Source of the DNA: a virus
DNA: 64,000 nucleotides
Virus record (IMG/VR): IMGVR_UViG_3300007511_000004
Coordinates: 32,001-96,000 of that record
Strand: one strand, 5' to 3'
The notes beneath the pieces are model-generated. The model did not search any database. It saw only the letters and a program-made list of their open reading frames with translations, and had not been told where the DNA came from. A program made the translations under genes and the position numbers. The number at the start of each line of letters is the position of its first letter. Within the stretch, counting starts at the first letter, position 1. This document shows, one piece after another, positions 38,894-49,234 of the stretch.

Positions 38894-40240
38894 ATGTCTT
38901 ACGATAAATTAATTGAGAAATGGAACCCAGTTCTCTCGGAAGAAAGCGTTGCACCTATTGCTGATAAGCATAGAAAAGCTGTAACTGCTCAGCTTCTGGA
39001 AAACCAAGAGGTTGCTTTCCGCGAAGAAGGTTCGCAGATGAACTTCCTGGCGGAACACGACCAAAACACAACTAACGTCACTAGCGGTACTACTGCGAAC
39101 TGGAACCCAGTTCTTATCTCGCTTGTACGTCGTGCTATGCCAAACATGATCGCTCACGATATCGCTGGCGTTCAGCCAATGACCGGTCCAACAGGCCTCA
39201 TCTTCGCGATGAAGTCACGTTACCGTTCAACTAAATCTGGCGTTTCTGTTGGTGATGAGGCTCTGTTCGGCGAAGCTGCATTTAACTTCTCGGGTGACTC
39301 GGGCACAACTGCAATGGCAGCTGATGGCTCTGGTCTTTCGGGCGTTAATGATGGCGACGGTGACTCTACAATCGCAGACTCGGTTGCAGATCCTACTACA
39401 GGTCTTGACCTTTACACTACCGCTGAAGCAGAAGCACTTGGTGCATCTGGCGGCGAACAGTTCGCTGAAATGGGTTTCACCATGGAAAAAGCAACTGTTA
39501 CTGCAAAGTCACGTGCTCTGAAAGCCGAGTACACTATGGAATTGGCACAGGATCTTAAGGCTATCCACGGTCTGGATGCTGAAACAGAACTTGCTAATAT
39601 CCTGACAACTGAGATCCTAGCGGAAATCAACCGCGAAGTTATCCGTACAGTTAACTCTCAGGCGAAGCTTGGTGCTACTACTGGTAACACTGCAGTTAAC
39701 GGCATCTTCGATCTTCAGACAGACGCAGACGGTCGTTGGAGCGTTGAAAAGATCAAAGGTCTTATCATCCAGCTCGAGCGTGAAGCTAACCAGATCGCAA
39801 AAGACACTCGTCGCGGTAAGGGTAACTTCCTGGTCGTTTCTTCGGATGTTGCTTCGGCTCTTGCAGCTTCGGGTATGCTTGATTACGCTCCGGCGCTTTC
39901 GGCTAACCTGAACGTCGACGACACAGGTAACACTTTTGCAGGCGTTCTGAACGGTCGCACTAAGGTCTATATCGACCCATATGCAACTGCAGACTATGCA
40001 ACTGTAGGTTATAAAGGTTCTTCGGCATATGACGCAGGTCTATTCTACTGCCCATACGTACCACTAACTATGGTTCGTGCGGTTGGTGAGAACACCTTCC
40101 AGCCAAAAATCGGCTTCAAGACTCGCTACGGTATGGTTTCGAACCCATTCGTTGGCGCTACTCCTGCTAACGGTCTGGCAGCTGCTAAGACCAATCAGTA
40201 CTACAGGATCTTCAGGGTTGATAATATCCTGGGCGCATAA
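38894..40240 (+). CDS. gp23: major capsid protein gp23
   Basis: LVRRAMPN.IA.DI.GVQPMTGPTGLIFAM...KSRALKAEYT.ELAQDLKA.HGLDAE...FQPKIGFKTRYG. Confidence 0.98.
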   Translation: MSYDKLIEKWNPVLSEESVAPIADKHRKAVTAQLLENQEVAFREEGSQMNFLAEHDQNTTNVTSGTTANWNPVLISLVRRAMPNMIAHDIAGVQPMTGPTGLIFAMKSRYRSTKSGVSVGDEALFGEAAFNFSGDSGTTAMAADGSGLSGVNDGDGDSTIADSVADPTTGLDLYTTAEAEALGASGGEQFAEMGFTMEKATVTAKSRALKAEYTMELAQDLKAIHGLDAETELANILTTEILAEINREVIRTVNSQAKLGATTGNTAVNGIFDLQTDADGRWSVEKIKGLIIQLEREANQIAKDTRRGKGNFLVVSSDVASALAASGMLDYAPALSANLNVDDTGNTFAGVLNGRTKVYIDPYATADYATVGYKGSSAYDAGLFYCPYVPLTMVRAVGENTFQPKIGFKTRYGMVSNPFVGATPANGLAAAKTNQYYRIFRVDNILGA

Positions 40241-40281
40241 GCCTAGCGAAGAGAAGGGTCAACCTTCCAAAATAATAGATG

Positions 40282-40305
40282 GGGCGGCATTTTGCCGCCC
40301 TTTTT
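40282..40305 (+). terminator. rho-independent terminator after gp23
   Basis: GGGCGGCA-TTT-TGCCGCCC-TTTTT. Confidence 0.85.
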
Positions 40306-40345
40306 AGTGGCCGTTCAAATCCTTATATTCTTCCGTTTTTTCTCT

Positions 40346-40353
40346 TATAAATA
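40346..40353 (+). promoter_or_regulatory. T4 late promoter TATAAATA
   Basis: Exact consensus upstream of gp3. Confidence 0.8.
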
Positions 40354-40378
40354 TAGGTAACAAGATGAGGAATGAAAT

Positions 40379-40864
40379 ATGTCTTTAACCGAAAATCGTA
40401 ATTACTTACAACCCAGTGCATTCAAAGTTCTGATTGACCGAAAAAGGTTTGCCAACGCGAATTTCTTTGCGCAGTCGTTTCAACATCCGGATGTTAGTAC
40501 TACTGCGACCGAAGTTCCATATAGACAGTATAGCAGCTCTCCCGAAATCCCGGATACTTACCAGTATGGGGAATTGACTATTAACTTCATATTAGATGAG
40601 GATATGGAAGTATACACGGAACTCCATACCTGGCTAAAGGATAATGTTGATAAAGAATTTCAGGAAGCTGATTCGGTCAATCCCTCGTATGCAGATATCG
40701 TGATTACCGTTCTATCTAGTAAGAATAATGTTAATAAGAAAATCAAATACAGAAATGCATTTCCAACTAATATTGGGGGTATTTCTTTTGAAGCGAATCT
40801 CGACGGTCTGCAGGTTATGGCTTTTCCGGTTTCGTTCCGTTATACATACTTTGACATTGAATAA
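40379..40864 (+). CDS. gp3: tail tube terminator gp3
   Basis: NYLQP..F...YGELTINFILDEDM..Y.E...W...FPT. Confidence 0.85.
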   Translation: MSLTENRNYLQPSAFKVLIDRKRFANANFFAQSFQHPDVSTTATEVPYRQYSSSPEIPDTYQYGELTINFILDEDMEVYTELHTWLKDNVDKEFQEADSVNPSYADIVITVLSSKNNVNKKIKYRNAFPTNIGGISFEANLDGLQVMAFPVSFRYTYFDIE

Positions 40865-40881
40865 ACTATAGGATTATATTT

Positions 40882-41328
40882 GTGATTGATCTACAGAATG
40901 TACTGAAAGAGTGGGAAACTGATTCCGTAATTGATGATATGAATTTAGATGAAGAGAGCAGAAAAGCTGCTAATCTCCATGCTAAATATCTACAATTATA
41001 TTCCCTTGCAAAACTTCAACTTAAAAAATCAGAAATGTCGCAGAAGTCCCTATTGAAGGATAAGTGGCTATATTATGGTGGGAAAATGACTGCAGAGGAT
41101 ATTGAAGATAGAGGTTGGGAGTATGACCCGTTTGATGGGCTTAAAGTCCTGAAGACTGATATGGATCGCTATTATGATGCAGATCCTGATATACAGAAAT
41201 CGGAAGAGAAAGTAGAATACTGGAAGACCGTGGTTGCAGCTCTAAAAGAAATTCTGGATAATGTCAAATGGCGGCATCAGACTATTAAGAATATTCTAGA
41301 ATGGAAAAAGTTTCAAGCCGGTGCATAA
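40882..41328 (+). CDS. uvsY: recombination mediator UvsY
   Basis: LHAKYL...YYGGK...YYDADPDI...IKNILEW.KFQAG. Confidence 0.9.
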   Translation: MIDLQNVLKEWETDSVIDDMNLDEESRKAANLHAKYLQLYSLAKLQLKKSEMSQKSLLKDKWLYYGGKMTAEDIEDRGWEYDPFDGLKVLKTDMDRYYDADPDIQKSEEKVEYWKTVVAALKEILDNVKWRHQTIKNILEWKKFQAGA

Positions 41329-41980
41329 CGAATTAATCATTTGGACCATACAGCGAACAGGTGCCACAACGCTTAAATCCCGATTGGGTATCCAAGGCGC
41401 TATATTCGGTAATGGTGGGAAGTATGGCTCAACCCCCTCGGAAGAGATGGAGGATATTTTATCCTTTGAGAGAGAATTTAAATCCTCAGTAGGGGGATAT
41501 CATACTAATTGGGGTAAGTTATTCCAAATCGCGAAATATACCCCCGATCGTACCCATATCGTACATTACCGAGATAATTCAGCAGATCGTATACTATCTT
41601 GGTATCTCGCCAACTCGACTGGTGCATTCAGTCCTAAAAAAGTGGACAAATATAAAGATAATGTAGTTAAATTCCTCGGGGATGATACACTAGACCCATC
41701 CCACTTAATTGAACGAGAGATACTTGATCTAAAGCTCCTTCTACAAGCCTCAGTTATCCTTAATAGCCTTGGTCGAGATATAATCGTTACTAAGTATGAG
41801 GATTTCTTTACACCGGAGCAAGGATATGGCACTCGTGATATATACGAACAGTTATCCGGCGTAGATGACTTTAATGAGTTAATAAATAACAATGCAGAGA
41901 TTCGAAACTTAAAAGCTGAAATTGATGGAAAAGATAACAGTACAGAAGAACACCCACGTATCGCTGAACTTAAGTTGTAA
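41321..41980 (+). CDS. putative sulfotransferase-fold protein (Stf0-like)
   Basis: QRTGATTL (5'-PSB-like loop) and HYRDN..DRILSWYLA..TG, KYEDF. Confidence 0.45.
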   Translation: MHNELIIWTIQRTGATTLKSRLGIQGAIFGNGGKYGSTPSEEMEDILSFEREFKSSVGGYHTNWGKLFQIAKYTPDRTHIVHYRDNSADRILSWYLANSTGAFSPKKVDKYKDNVVKFLGDDTLDPSHLIEREILDLKLLLQASVILNSLGRDIIVTKYEDFFTPEQGYGTRDIYEQLSGVDDFNELINNNAEIRNLKAEIDGKDNSTEEHPRIAELKL

Positions 41981-43439
41981 TAGTGGAATTGCGATGGAGT
42001 TAAACGAGTTCTTTTCGTTTTTCGTTCCTGGCTACAAATTTATGCCAGCGTATAAGAATAAGGTATGGGATGGTAAAGTCCGTTTATTTAATCGAAATAC
42101 CTATGAATTACCCGTAGGCCTATACCATTATCTTAGTCATTTTGCAAAGAAACGGGGTTACGAGATTGATCTGATAGAGGGTACAGTTGGTTATCCTACA
42201 GATAAAAATCAGGTAGATCCGAAGGCGATATTAGAATTCCTGAAGTCTTTGAATCTTTCATCACGCGGTAATCCTATTGATGTAAGAGATTATCAGTTTC
42301 AGGCTATCTGCACGGGCATACAAGATAGAAGATCTATCCTACTTTCACCAACTGGGTCGGGTAAGTCCTTAATTATATACTCATTGCTCCGATGGTATCT
42401 TGATAACCATGATGATAAGATTCTGGTTATTGTTCCAACCACATCTTTGGTTGAGCAAATGCATTCAGACTTCGCCGACTATTCTGCAAAGGATCCTACC
42501 TTTAACGGCAAAGAGATGTGTCACACTATCTTCTCAGGTCGACCTAAAAATAATATAGAGCAGCGAGTTGTTATCAGCACATGGCAATCTGTCTATAAAC
42601 TCCCTGGTACTTGGTTCGATCAATTTGGAGCGGTTTTCGGTGATGAGTGTCATGGTTTCAAATCCAAATCATTGACCTCCATTATGAACAAATCGCGGCG
42701 CGCAGCTTATCGATTTGGAACAACAGGAACACTTGACGGAACACAAACTCATGAACTCGTACTCCAAGGTTTATTCGGAAAGGTATATGATGTAACAACT
42801 ACTAAGAAGCTCCAGGAAAATGACACCCTTGCAGAATTAGATATCTCGATGCTATCCCTTAAACATCCTAAATCTATCGGGAAAGACTGGGGTAAGCGGA
42901 CGTATCAAGAGGAGATAGATTATATTGTAAGGAACGATGAGCGTAATAAATTCATTAAGAATCTGGCATTAGATCAGAAGGGTAATACCCTAGTATTGTT
43001 CCAATTTGTGGAGAAGCATGGTAAACCCCTATATACTATGATAAAGGATGATGCTAAAGAAGGACAAAGGGTTTATTTCGTAAGTGGTGAGGTTGAAACA
43101 GAAGATCGAGAAGCCATTCGAGGAATCGTAGAGCAACAATCTAATTCGGTGATTGTCGCCTCGCTCGGTACCTTTTCCACAGGTATTAACATCAGGAACC
43201 TACACAATATCATCTTCGCCTCTCCTTCTAAATCTCAGATACGGGTACTACAGTCAATTGGCCGTGGGCTTCGTAAGTCTGATAATAACCAAGCTACTCA
43301 TCTGTTTGATATTGTGGATGACATCACAGGCAATAAAGCTAAGAAGAACTTTGCCTTTCAGCATGGAGCAGAACGTCTAAAGATCTATGAGAAGCAGGGA
43401 TTTAACTATAAGATATATAAGATAGATTTAAATGAGTGA
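41925..43439 (+). CDS. uvsW: RNA-DNA/DNA helicase UvsW
   Basis: WDGKVRLF, SPTGSGKS, DECH, GTTGTL, QSIGRGLR. Confidence 0.95.
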   Translation: MEKITVQKNTHVSLNLSCNSGIAMELNEFFSFFVPGYKFMPAYKNKVWDGKVRLFNRNTYELPVGLYHYLSHFAKKRGYEIDLIEGTVGYPTDKNQVDPKAILEFLKSLNLSSRGNPIDVRDYQFQAICTGIQDRRSILLSPTGSGKSLIIYSLLRWYLDNHDDKILVIVPTTSLVEQMHSDFADYSAKDPTFNGKEMCHTIFSGRPKNNIEQRVVISTWQSVYKLPGTWFDQFGAVFGDECHGFKSKSLTSIMNKSRRAAYRFGTTGTLDGTQTHELVLQGLFGKVYDVTTTKKLQENDTLAELDISMLSLKHPKSIGKDWGKRTYQEEIDYIVRNDERNKFIKNLALDQKGNTLVLFQFVEKHGKPLYTMIKDDAKEGQRVYFVSGEVETEDREAIRGIVEQQSNSVIVASLGTFSTGINIRNLHNIIFASPSKSQIRVLQSIGRGLRKSDNNQATHLFDIVDDITGNKAKKNFAFQHGAERLKIYEKQGFNYKIYKIDLNE

Positions 43440-43776
43440 ATACGCAATATTACAATATAAGCTACTAACCGGAGAGGAAGTTATCTCTGAAGTAGTTGCC
43501 TGGCCGGATGATAGTAATGATGTAGGTAAACTCATTTTGAGGAACCCTCTCACTATTAAATTTGATATGGAACAGACTGGTTATTATCTAATGCCATTCA
43601 TGGCCAATCAAATATGCGAAGACTGCGAGATAGGACTAGATCCATATTCAATAATATCAGAGGCACATCCTAGTGACCAAATGATAATGAAATATAAGAA
43701 GATAACAGAATATCTCATGGGAGATGCAGATGATCCAGACTTCTACATTGATGATATACCAGAGTTCTTACACTAG
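43432..43776 (+). CDS. conserved T4-like hypothetical protein (Sm-like fold)
   Basis: KLLTGEEVI pattern; usual position after uvsW in marine T4-like phages. Confidence 0.6.
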   Translation: MSEYAILQYKLLTGEEVISEVVAWPDDSNDVGKLILRNPLTIKFDMEQTGYYLMPFMANQICEDCEIGLDPYSIISEAHPSDQMIMKYKKITEYLMGDADDPDFYIDDIPEFLH

Positions 43777-43806
43777 TATTCTATCCCACCCAAAAGGGTC
43801 TTTTAT

Positions 43807-43840
43807 ATTATACCGAGGTTCGATCGGTTTGTAAACCCCC
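43807..43840 (-). promoter_or_regulatory. sigma70-type promoter pointing antisense into the uvsW block
   Basis: Minus strand reads GGGGG-TTTACA-N17-TATAAT. Confidence 0.7.
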
Positions 43841-43889
43841 TAAATGAAAAAAAATGATCTTTTTTTAGAAAATATTTTACATAAAACTG

Positions 43890-43918
43890 TTTACACCTAT
43901 GTGTGGATATGATATAAT
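43890..43918 (+). promoter_or_regulatory. sigma70-type promoter for gp55
   Basis: TTTACA-N17-TATAAT with TG extended -10. Confidence 0.8.
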
Positions 43919-43938
43919 ATAGTATGAAAGGAGCGAAA

Positions 43939-44523
43939 ATGGCAAAGAAAAAACAAAGTATTCATTATGTTAATAATGCAGAATTCTCGAACGCTGTAGT
44001 AGAATATGTAAAATCTGTCAACGAGGCAGAGAAGAACAAAGAAACAATCCCAATTGTACCTGATTACATTGCGACCTGCTTTCTTCGTATCGCTGAAGGA
44101 TTATCCCACAAATCAAACTTTATTCGATACACCTATCGCGAAGAGATGGTGATGGATGCAGTAGAGAATTGTCTCAAAGCAGTGCGGAATTATAATATCG
44201 AAGCGGCTACTCGAACAGGTAAACCGAATGCGTTTGCATATTTCACACAGATTAGTTGGTATGCATTCCTTCGGAGGATTGAAAAAGAGAAGAAGCAACA
44301 TGACGTAAAATTACGATATCTTACAGAATCCGGTATAGAAAACTTTATTGCAGATGAGGATATAACTAATCCTAGTATCAATTCCTTTGTGGATCAACTT
44401 AAGGATCGCATTGATAAGATCAAGTGCCAGGATCAGAATATCAAGGAATATAAGAAGAAGATAAAACCCCCTCGCAGACGCCGCGTAGTGGTTGACTCGG
44501 ACTTATCAGGATTTTTAGAATAA
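43939..44523 (+). CDS. gp55: late-transcription sigma factor gp55
   Basis: HYVNNAEF...IAEGLSHK.NF..YTYREEM..D..ENC...NAFAYFTQI...AFLRRI.KEKKQ. Confidence 0.95.
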   Translation: MAKKKQSIHYVNNAEFSNAVVEYVKSVNEAEKNKETIPIVPDYIATCFLRIAEGLSHKSNFIRYTYREEMVMDAVENCLKAVRNYNIEAATRTGKPNAFAYFTQISWYAFLRRIEKEKKQHDVKLRYLTESGIENFIADEDITNPSINSFVDQLKDRIDKIKCQDQNIKEYKKKIKPPRRRRVVVDSDLSGFLE

Positions 44524-45585
44524 ATGCACGTAGCAATTTTAAACGATACACACTGTGGTATACGTAATTCCTCTGATGTATTTGGGAACAACGCCGAGAA
44601 ATTTTATTCCGAGGTGTTTTTCCCATACCTGATGGAAAATGGCATTAAGCGGATCCTTCACCTGGGTGATGTGTTCGATAATCGTAAATTCATTAACTTT
44701 AAGGCTCTGAATGGATATCGAAAGGCCTTCCTCTCTAAGCTTCGAGAGTATGGGATTCATATGGATGTTATCCCGGGCAATCACGATACCTATTATAAGA
44801 ATACAAATGAGTTGAATTCCCTTAAGGAATTGCTGGGGCATTATATGGGAGAAGTAACTATCCATATGAATCCTACAGTAGTTAATTATGATGGATTAGA
44901 TGTTGCATTATTGCCATGGGTCTGTCAGGATAACTATGATAAATCTTTACGGTTCATTGAATCGTGTAAAGCCCCGTGGTTGGCCGGCCATCTGGAATTG
45001 AATGGATTCGATGTGATGAAGGGAATCCCTCACCATGGGGGAATGAATCCGGGTTTGTTCAATAGATTCGAACAGGTAATTTCGGGCCACTTTCACACAA
45101 AATCCGAAAAAGATAACGTACGATATCTTGGAACCCAATTAGAGTTCACTTGGAGTGACGCACATGACCCTAAACATTTCCACATTCTTGATACGTCTAC
45201 TAGAGAGCTTTTTCCTGTACACAACCCTCACACTCTTTTCCATCGTATACATTACGACGATCGTAAAAGCAATTATGATGATTTTGACCTGAGTCAGATC
45301 CATAATAAATTTGTAAAAGTTGTTGTAATTAATAGATCTGACCTATTTACATTTGACCGATTTATTGATAGAATACAATCACACCCTATCCACGATTTGA
45401 AGATCGCCGAGAACTTTAATGAGTTTGTTGGGGATAATGTTGAGGATGGGGGCATTGAACTGGAAGAAACCGAAACCTTACTTGACTCCTATGTTGATGG
45501 TGTGGATACTGACCTAGATAAGGTCCGCATCAAATTAAGTATGAGAACCCTGTTAACTGAGGCTCAGACGTTTGAAATCGCATGA
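44524..45585 (+). CDS. gp47: recombination endonuclease subunit gp47 (Mre11/SbcD-like)
   Basis: DTH.G, HLGD.FD.RK, GNHD, GHLE, SGHFH. Confidence 0.95.
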   Translation: MHVAILNDTHCGIRNSSDVFGNNAEKFYSEVFFPYLMENGIKRILHLGDVFDNRKFINFKALNGYRKAFLSKLREYGIHMDVIPGNHDTYYKNTNELNSLKELLGHYMGEVTIHMNPTVVNYDGLDVALLPWVCQDNYDKSLRFIESCKAPWLAGHLELNGFDVMKGIPHHGGMNPGLFNRFEQVISGHFHTKSEKDNVRYLGTQLEFTWSDAHDPKHFHILDTSTRELFPVHNPHTLFHRIHYDDRKSNYDDFDLSQIHNKFVKVVVINRSDLFTFDRFIDRIQSHPIHDLKIAENFNEFVGDNVEDGGIELEETETLLDSYVDGVDTDLDKVRIKLSMRTLLTEAQTFEIA

Positions 45586-47312
45586 TTATATTTAAATCTC
45601 TAAAATACCGGAATTTCCTATCGACAGGAAACAACTGGACTGAAATTGATCTTACTGCCACTAAGTCTACTCTTATTGTGGGTCATAATGGCGCAGGTAA
45701 GTCGACTATGCTAGATGCTTTGTCATTTGCATTATACGGTAAAGCCCACAGGAATATCAATAAACCTCAACTGGTCAACAGTATCAATAATAAGGACTGT
45801 CAAGTTGAGGTAGAATTTACCATTGGGAAATCAGAATTCAGGATCCACCGAGGACTTAAGCCTCAGATATTCGAGATCTGGAAGAATGGCACCATGATTA
45901 ATCAGGAGGCCCGTGCACTCGAATATCAGAAGGTATTAGAGTTGAATATCTTGAAGATGACTCATAAGTCATTCCATCAGATCGTAGTCTTGGGCAGCTC
46001 TTCGTTCATCCCATTCATGCAGCTTTCAGCTCAACATCGACGGGCAGTTATTGAGGATTTACTTGACATTAACGTATTCTCTAAAATGAATATATTAATT
46101 AAGAGTAAGCAGGGGATACTCCGGGATAAGATAAGAGAATTAGATTACAACCTCGAGCTAAACGAGAACCGTATCGATACTCAGAAAAAGTATATCAGAG
46201 ATATCGACGCAATGAATAACGAGGAGATCCTTGAGAAAAAGTCTCGCATTAAGGAAACCCAGGGCGAAATTCAGCGATTAGAGGATGAAAATTCGATCTC
46301 AAATGAGATAGTAGGTTCGAAACAAGAAGAGGTGACCCGCCAACTTAATGCTGCACATGATCGAAAGCAGTCAATCCTATCCTATAAAAATACCTTTAAT
46401 ACCCAGATTAAAAGTCTAGTCAAGGAAGCTAAATTCTACGAGGATAATACTGCATGTCCAACGTGTACGCAAGAAATTGTAGAGGAAGTACGTGAGGGAA
46501 AACTCCATCAGGTAAAGAAAGAGGCCACTACTCTACAAGAGGCATTAACAAAAGCTGAAGATGAAGCAGGCAAAATTGCGGACGAGATCACTCGGTTTTC
46601 CGAAAAGGTTGATGAGCTTAGAAAAGAGGAATTCAAAATCCGCGGTAATAATCAGGAGATCGGTAGGCTTCAGAAGACCATCGATACTCTTAATAAAGAT
46701 ATCGAGCGGCTATCAGTTCGGGGTGGGGATCTTAATACTGCCAAGTGCGAATTGGAAGAGCTTCAATCTACGCGCGAAGATCTTCGTAATAGTAAATTCC
46801 AGGAGAATGAATCATATAGCTATAATGCATGCATTGCAGAGATGCTAAAGGACACCGGTATCAAAACGAAAGTTATCAAGCAATATCTGCCGGTCATTAA
46901 TAAATTGGTTAACCAGTATCTGCAAACCCTAGATTTTTTCGTGCATTTCGATCTAGACGAGGAGTTCAAGGAAACTATCAGATCTCGCCACCGCGACGCG
47001 TTTTCTTACGATTCGTTTTCAGAAGGTGAAAAACAGCGGGTTGATTTAGCTCTACTATTCACTTGGCGCATGATCGCTAAAATGAAGAACAGTGTATCCA
47101 CCAATCTTCTATTATTGGATGAGACCTTTGACTCCTCTTTGGACCATGAGGGCGTAGATAACTTGATGAAGATTTTGTATACCCTTGAGGATGATACTAA
47201 TACTTTCGTGATTAGCCATAAGGGGGAAATCCTAGATGGTAAATTCAAGCGAAAGATTGAATTTGTGAAAGAGAAAAATTTCTCAAAAATCGCAACTTTG
47301 GGGGTTACATAA
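45582..47312 (+). CDS. gp46: recombination endonuclease subunit gp46 (Rad50/SbcC-like)
   Basis: G.NGAGKST, CPTC zinc hook, FSEGEK, LLDETFD, ISH. Confidence 0.95.
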   Translation: MIIFKSLKYRNFLSTGNNWTEIDLTATKSTLIVGHNGAGKSTMLDALSFALYGKAHRNINKPQLVNSINNKDCQVEVEFTIGKSEFRIHRGLKPQIFEIWKNGTMINQEARALEYQKVLELNILKMTHKSFHQIVVLGSSSFIPFMQLSAQHRRAVIEDLLDINVFSKMNILIKSKQGILRDKIRELDYNLELNENRIDTQKKYIRDIDAMNNEEILEKKSRIKETQGEIQRLEDENSISNEIVGSKQEEVTRQLNAAHDRKQSILSYKNTFNTQIKSLVKEAKFYEDNTACPTCTQEIVEEVREGKLHQVKKEATTLQEALTKAEDEAGKIADEITRFSEKVDELRKEEFKIRGNNQEIGRLQKTIDTLNKDIERLSVRGGDLNTAKCELEELQSTREDLRNSKFQENESYSYNACIAEMLKDTGIKTKVIKQYLPVINKLVNQYLQTLDFFVHFDLDEEFKETIRSRHRDAFSYDSFSEGEKQRVDLALLFTWRMIAKMKNSVSTNLLLLDETFDSSLDHEGVDNLMKILYTLEDDTNTFVISHKGEILDGKFKRKIEFVKEKNFSKIATLGVT

Positions 47313-47333
47313 TTCCTAATTTTGTGTTATAAT
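47300..47333 (+). promoter_or_regulatory. sigma70-type promoter for gp45 block
   Basis: G-run, GTTACA-N18-TATAAT with TG extended -10. Confidence 0.65.
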
Positions 47334-47358
47334 TATTAAATATCTAATGGAGTTTATG

Positions 47359-48045
47359 ATGCAACTGAATGATAATACGATCCAAGTTCTTAAGAACTTC
47401 GCTCAGATCAATCCTAATATTCTCATCGATAAAGGTAATTCTATCAAGACCATTGCCGAAGCCAAGAATGTGTTCGCAAAGGCTACGCTTAACGATGAAT
47501 TCCCATCTCGATTTGGAATTTACGATCTAAACGAGTTTCTGAGTGTAATTAACCTAGTCGATTCCCCTGATTTTAAACCTGAGGCCGGTTTTGCTACTAT
47601 TAGCGATGGTTCGGGTAGATCTAAGATCAAGTACTACTTTACTGATCCCAATCATCTTACTACCCCAACTCGCGATGTAAAGATGCCGGAAGGTGATGTG
47701 TCATTCCGACTTGACACCGAAACCCTTAACCGACTTAAATCTGCAGCAGGGGCGCTCGGACACGGAAGTGTATCGGTTACCCCATCAGATGGGATACTCG
47801 TCCTTACGGTATTTGATGAGGATAATAACACAGGTAACACCTATTCGATTGAAATTTCCGGTAAATATAACACATCGGCAGATTTTAAATTTGTCTTTAA
47901 TATTGGCAACCTAAAAAAGCTAATTTCGACTACGTATAATGTAGAGATTTCTTCCTCATTGGTTGCTCACTTTAAATCTGAAGAATCAGATCTTTCAATT
48001 GAATATTTTGTAGCGCTAGAAAAAACAAGTAAATATGGAGAATAA
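47359..48045 (+). CDS. gp45: sliding clamp gp45
   Basis: LKNFAQINPNI...FGIYDLNEFLSV...YFVALE. Confidence 0.93.
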   Translation: MQLNDNTIQVLKNFAQINPNILIDKGNSIKTIAEAKNVFAKATLNDEFPSRFGIYDLNEFLSVINLVDSPDFKPEAGFATISDGSGRSKIKYYFTDPNHLTTPTRDVKMPEGDVSFRLDTETLNRLKSAAGALGHGSVSVTPSDGILVLTVFDEDNNTGNTYSIEISGKYNTSADFKFVFNIGNLKKLISTTYNVEISSSLVAHFKSEESDLSIEYFVALEKTSKYGE

Positions 48046-48235
48046 TATGTCAGATCTTGCGAACAACGCCAACCAAGTCGCCCGAAGCACCGTAGCGGTG
48101 ATCGATACCATTACTCAACGTGGTGGATTTAAGGGCGAAGAACTTAGCACAATTGGTCGACTTCGTGATCAATGTAGCCTACTACAACAGCTTGCCGAAC
48201 AGGCTTTGGAGGATCAACCAGACGAGAGCGCCTGA
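48035..48235 (+). CDS. small conserved hypothetical protein
   Basis: VIDTITQRGGFKGEELSTIGRLRD motif; lies between gp45 and gp44. Confidence 0.6.
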   Translation: MENNMSDLANNANQVARSTVAVIDTITQRGGFKGEELSTIGRLRDQCSLLQQLAEQALEDQPDESA

Positions 48236-48295
48236 TATATCGGGCCTTAAGCCACTTAACGTCACATACATAATACATAATGCATTGGTGAAAAT

Positions 48296-49234
48296 ATGTC
48301 AGATGATTTCCTTTGGTGTGAAAAATATCGCCCCGATAAAGTGGAGGATACCATCCTCCCTCCCGGTCTAAAAAAGACTTTTAATGAGTTAGTTGTAACG
48401 GGAAAACTTCCCAATATGTTGTTTACAGGTACTGCTGGCTTGGGTAAAACCACGGTAGCAAAGGCCCTGTGTAACGAATTGAATCTCGATTACATTGTTA
48501 TCAACGGGTCGGAGGATGGTAACATTGATACCCTTCGCGGTAAGATTAGACAGTTTGCCTCAACCATCTCTTTGCAGGGTGGATATAAGGTTGTTATCCT
48601 AGATGAGGCGGATTACCTAAATCCTAACTCGACACAGCCGGCTCTTCGTGGATTCATTGAGGAGTTTGCTAATAACTGTCGATTTATTCTGACTGCGAAT
48701 TTCAAGAACCGTATTATCGAACCCCTCCATTCTAGATGTTCGATTTACGAATTTAATACCACTCGTAAGGAGATGGCGGATCTTGCCGCTGGATTCTTTG
48801 AACGGATGAAATATATTCTAGAACAGGAAAATGTCAAATATGATACAAAACCTGTTGCAGAGCTGATTATCAAGTATGCGCCTGATTGGCGTCGAGTGAT
48901 TAACGAATGCCAGCGATACGCAATCTCTGGTGAAATTGACGCAGGTATTCTGGTGAATATCAGTGACGTGTCCTACAATTCCTTATTCATCTCGCTTAAG
49001 AAGAAAGACTTCAAAGCGATGCGAAAATGGGTGGTAGAGAATATCGACACTGAGCCGTCTGCGATCTTCCGAGCAATTTATGATAGGATGAATGATAAAG
49101 TTAAGGCACAGTCAATACCTGCTTTGGTATTAATCCTTGCTGACTATCAACATAAAACTGCATTTGTAGCGGATCATGAATTGAATGTTGTTGCTTGTTT
49201 AACCGAAATTATGAGTAGTGTGGAGTTTATATAA
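48296..49234 (+). CDS. gp44: clamp loader subunit gp44
   Basis: W.EKYRP, GTAGLGKTT, ILDEADYL, SRC. Confidence 0.95.
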   Translation: MSDDFLWCEKYRPDKVEDTILPPGLKKTFNELVVTGKLPNMLFTGTAGLGKTTVAKALCNELNLDYIVINGSEDGNIDTLRGKIRQFASTISLQGGYKVVILDEADYLNPNSTQPALRGFIEEFANNCRFILTANFKNRIIEPLHSRCSIYEFNTTRKEMADLAAGFFERMKYILEQENVKYDTKPVAELIIKYAPDWRRVINECQRYAISGEIDAGILVNISDVSYNSLFISLKKKDFKAMRKWVVENIDTEPSAIFRAIYDRMNDKVKAQSIPALVLILADYQHKTAFVADHELNVVACLTEIMSSVEFI

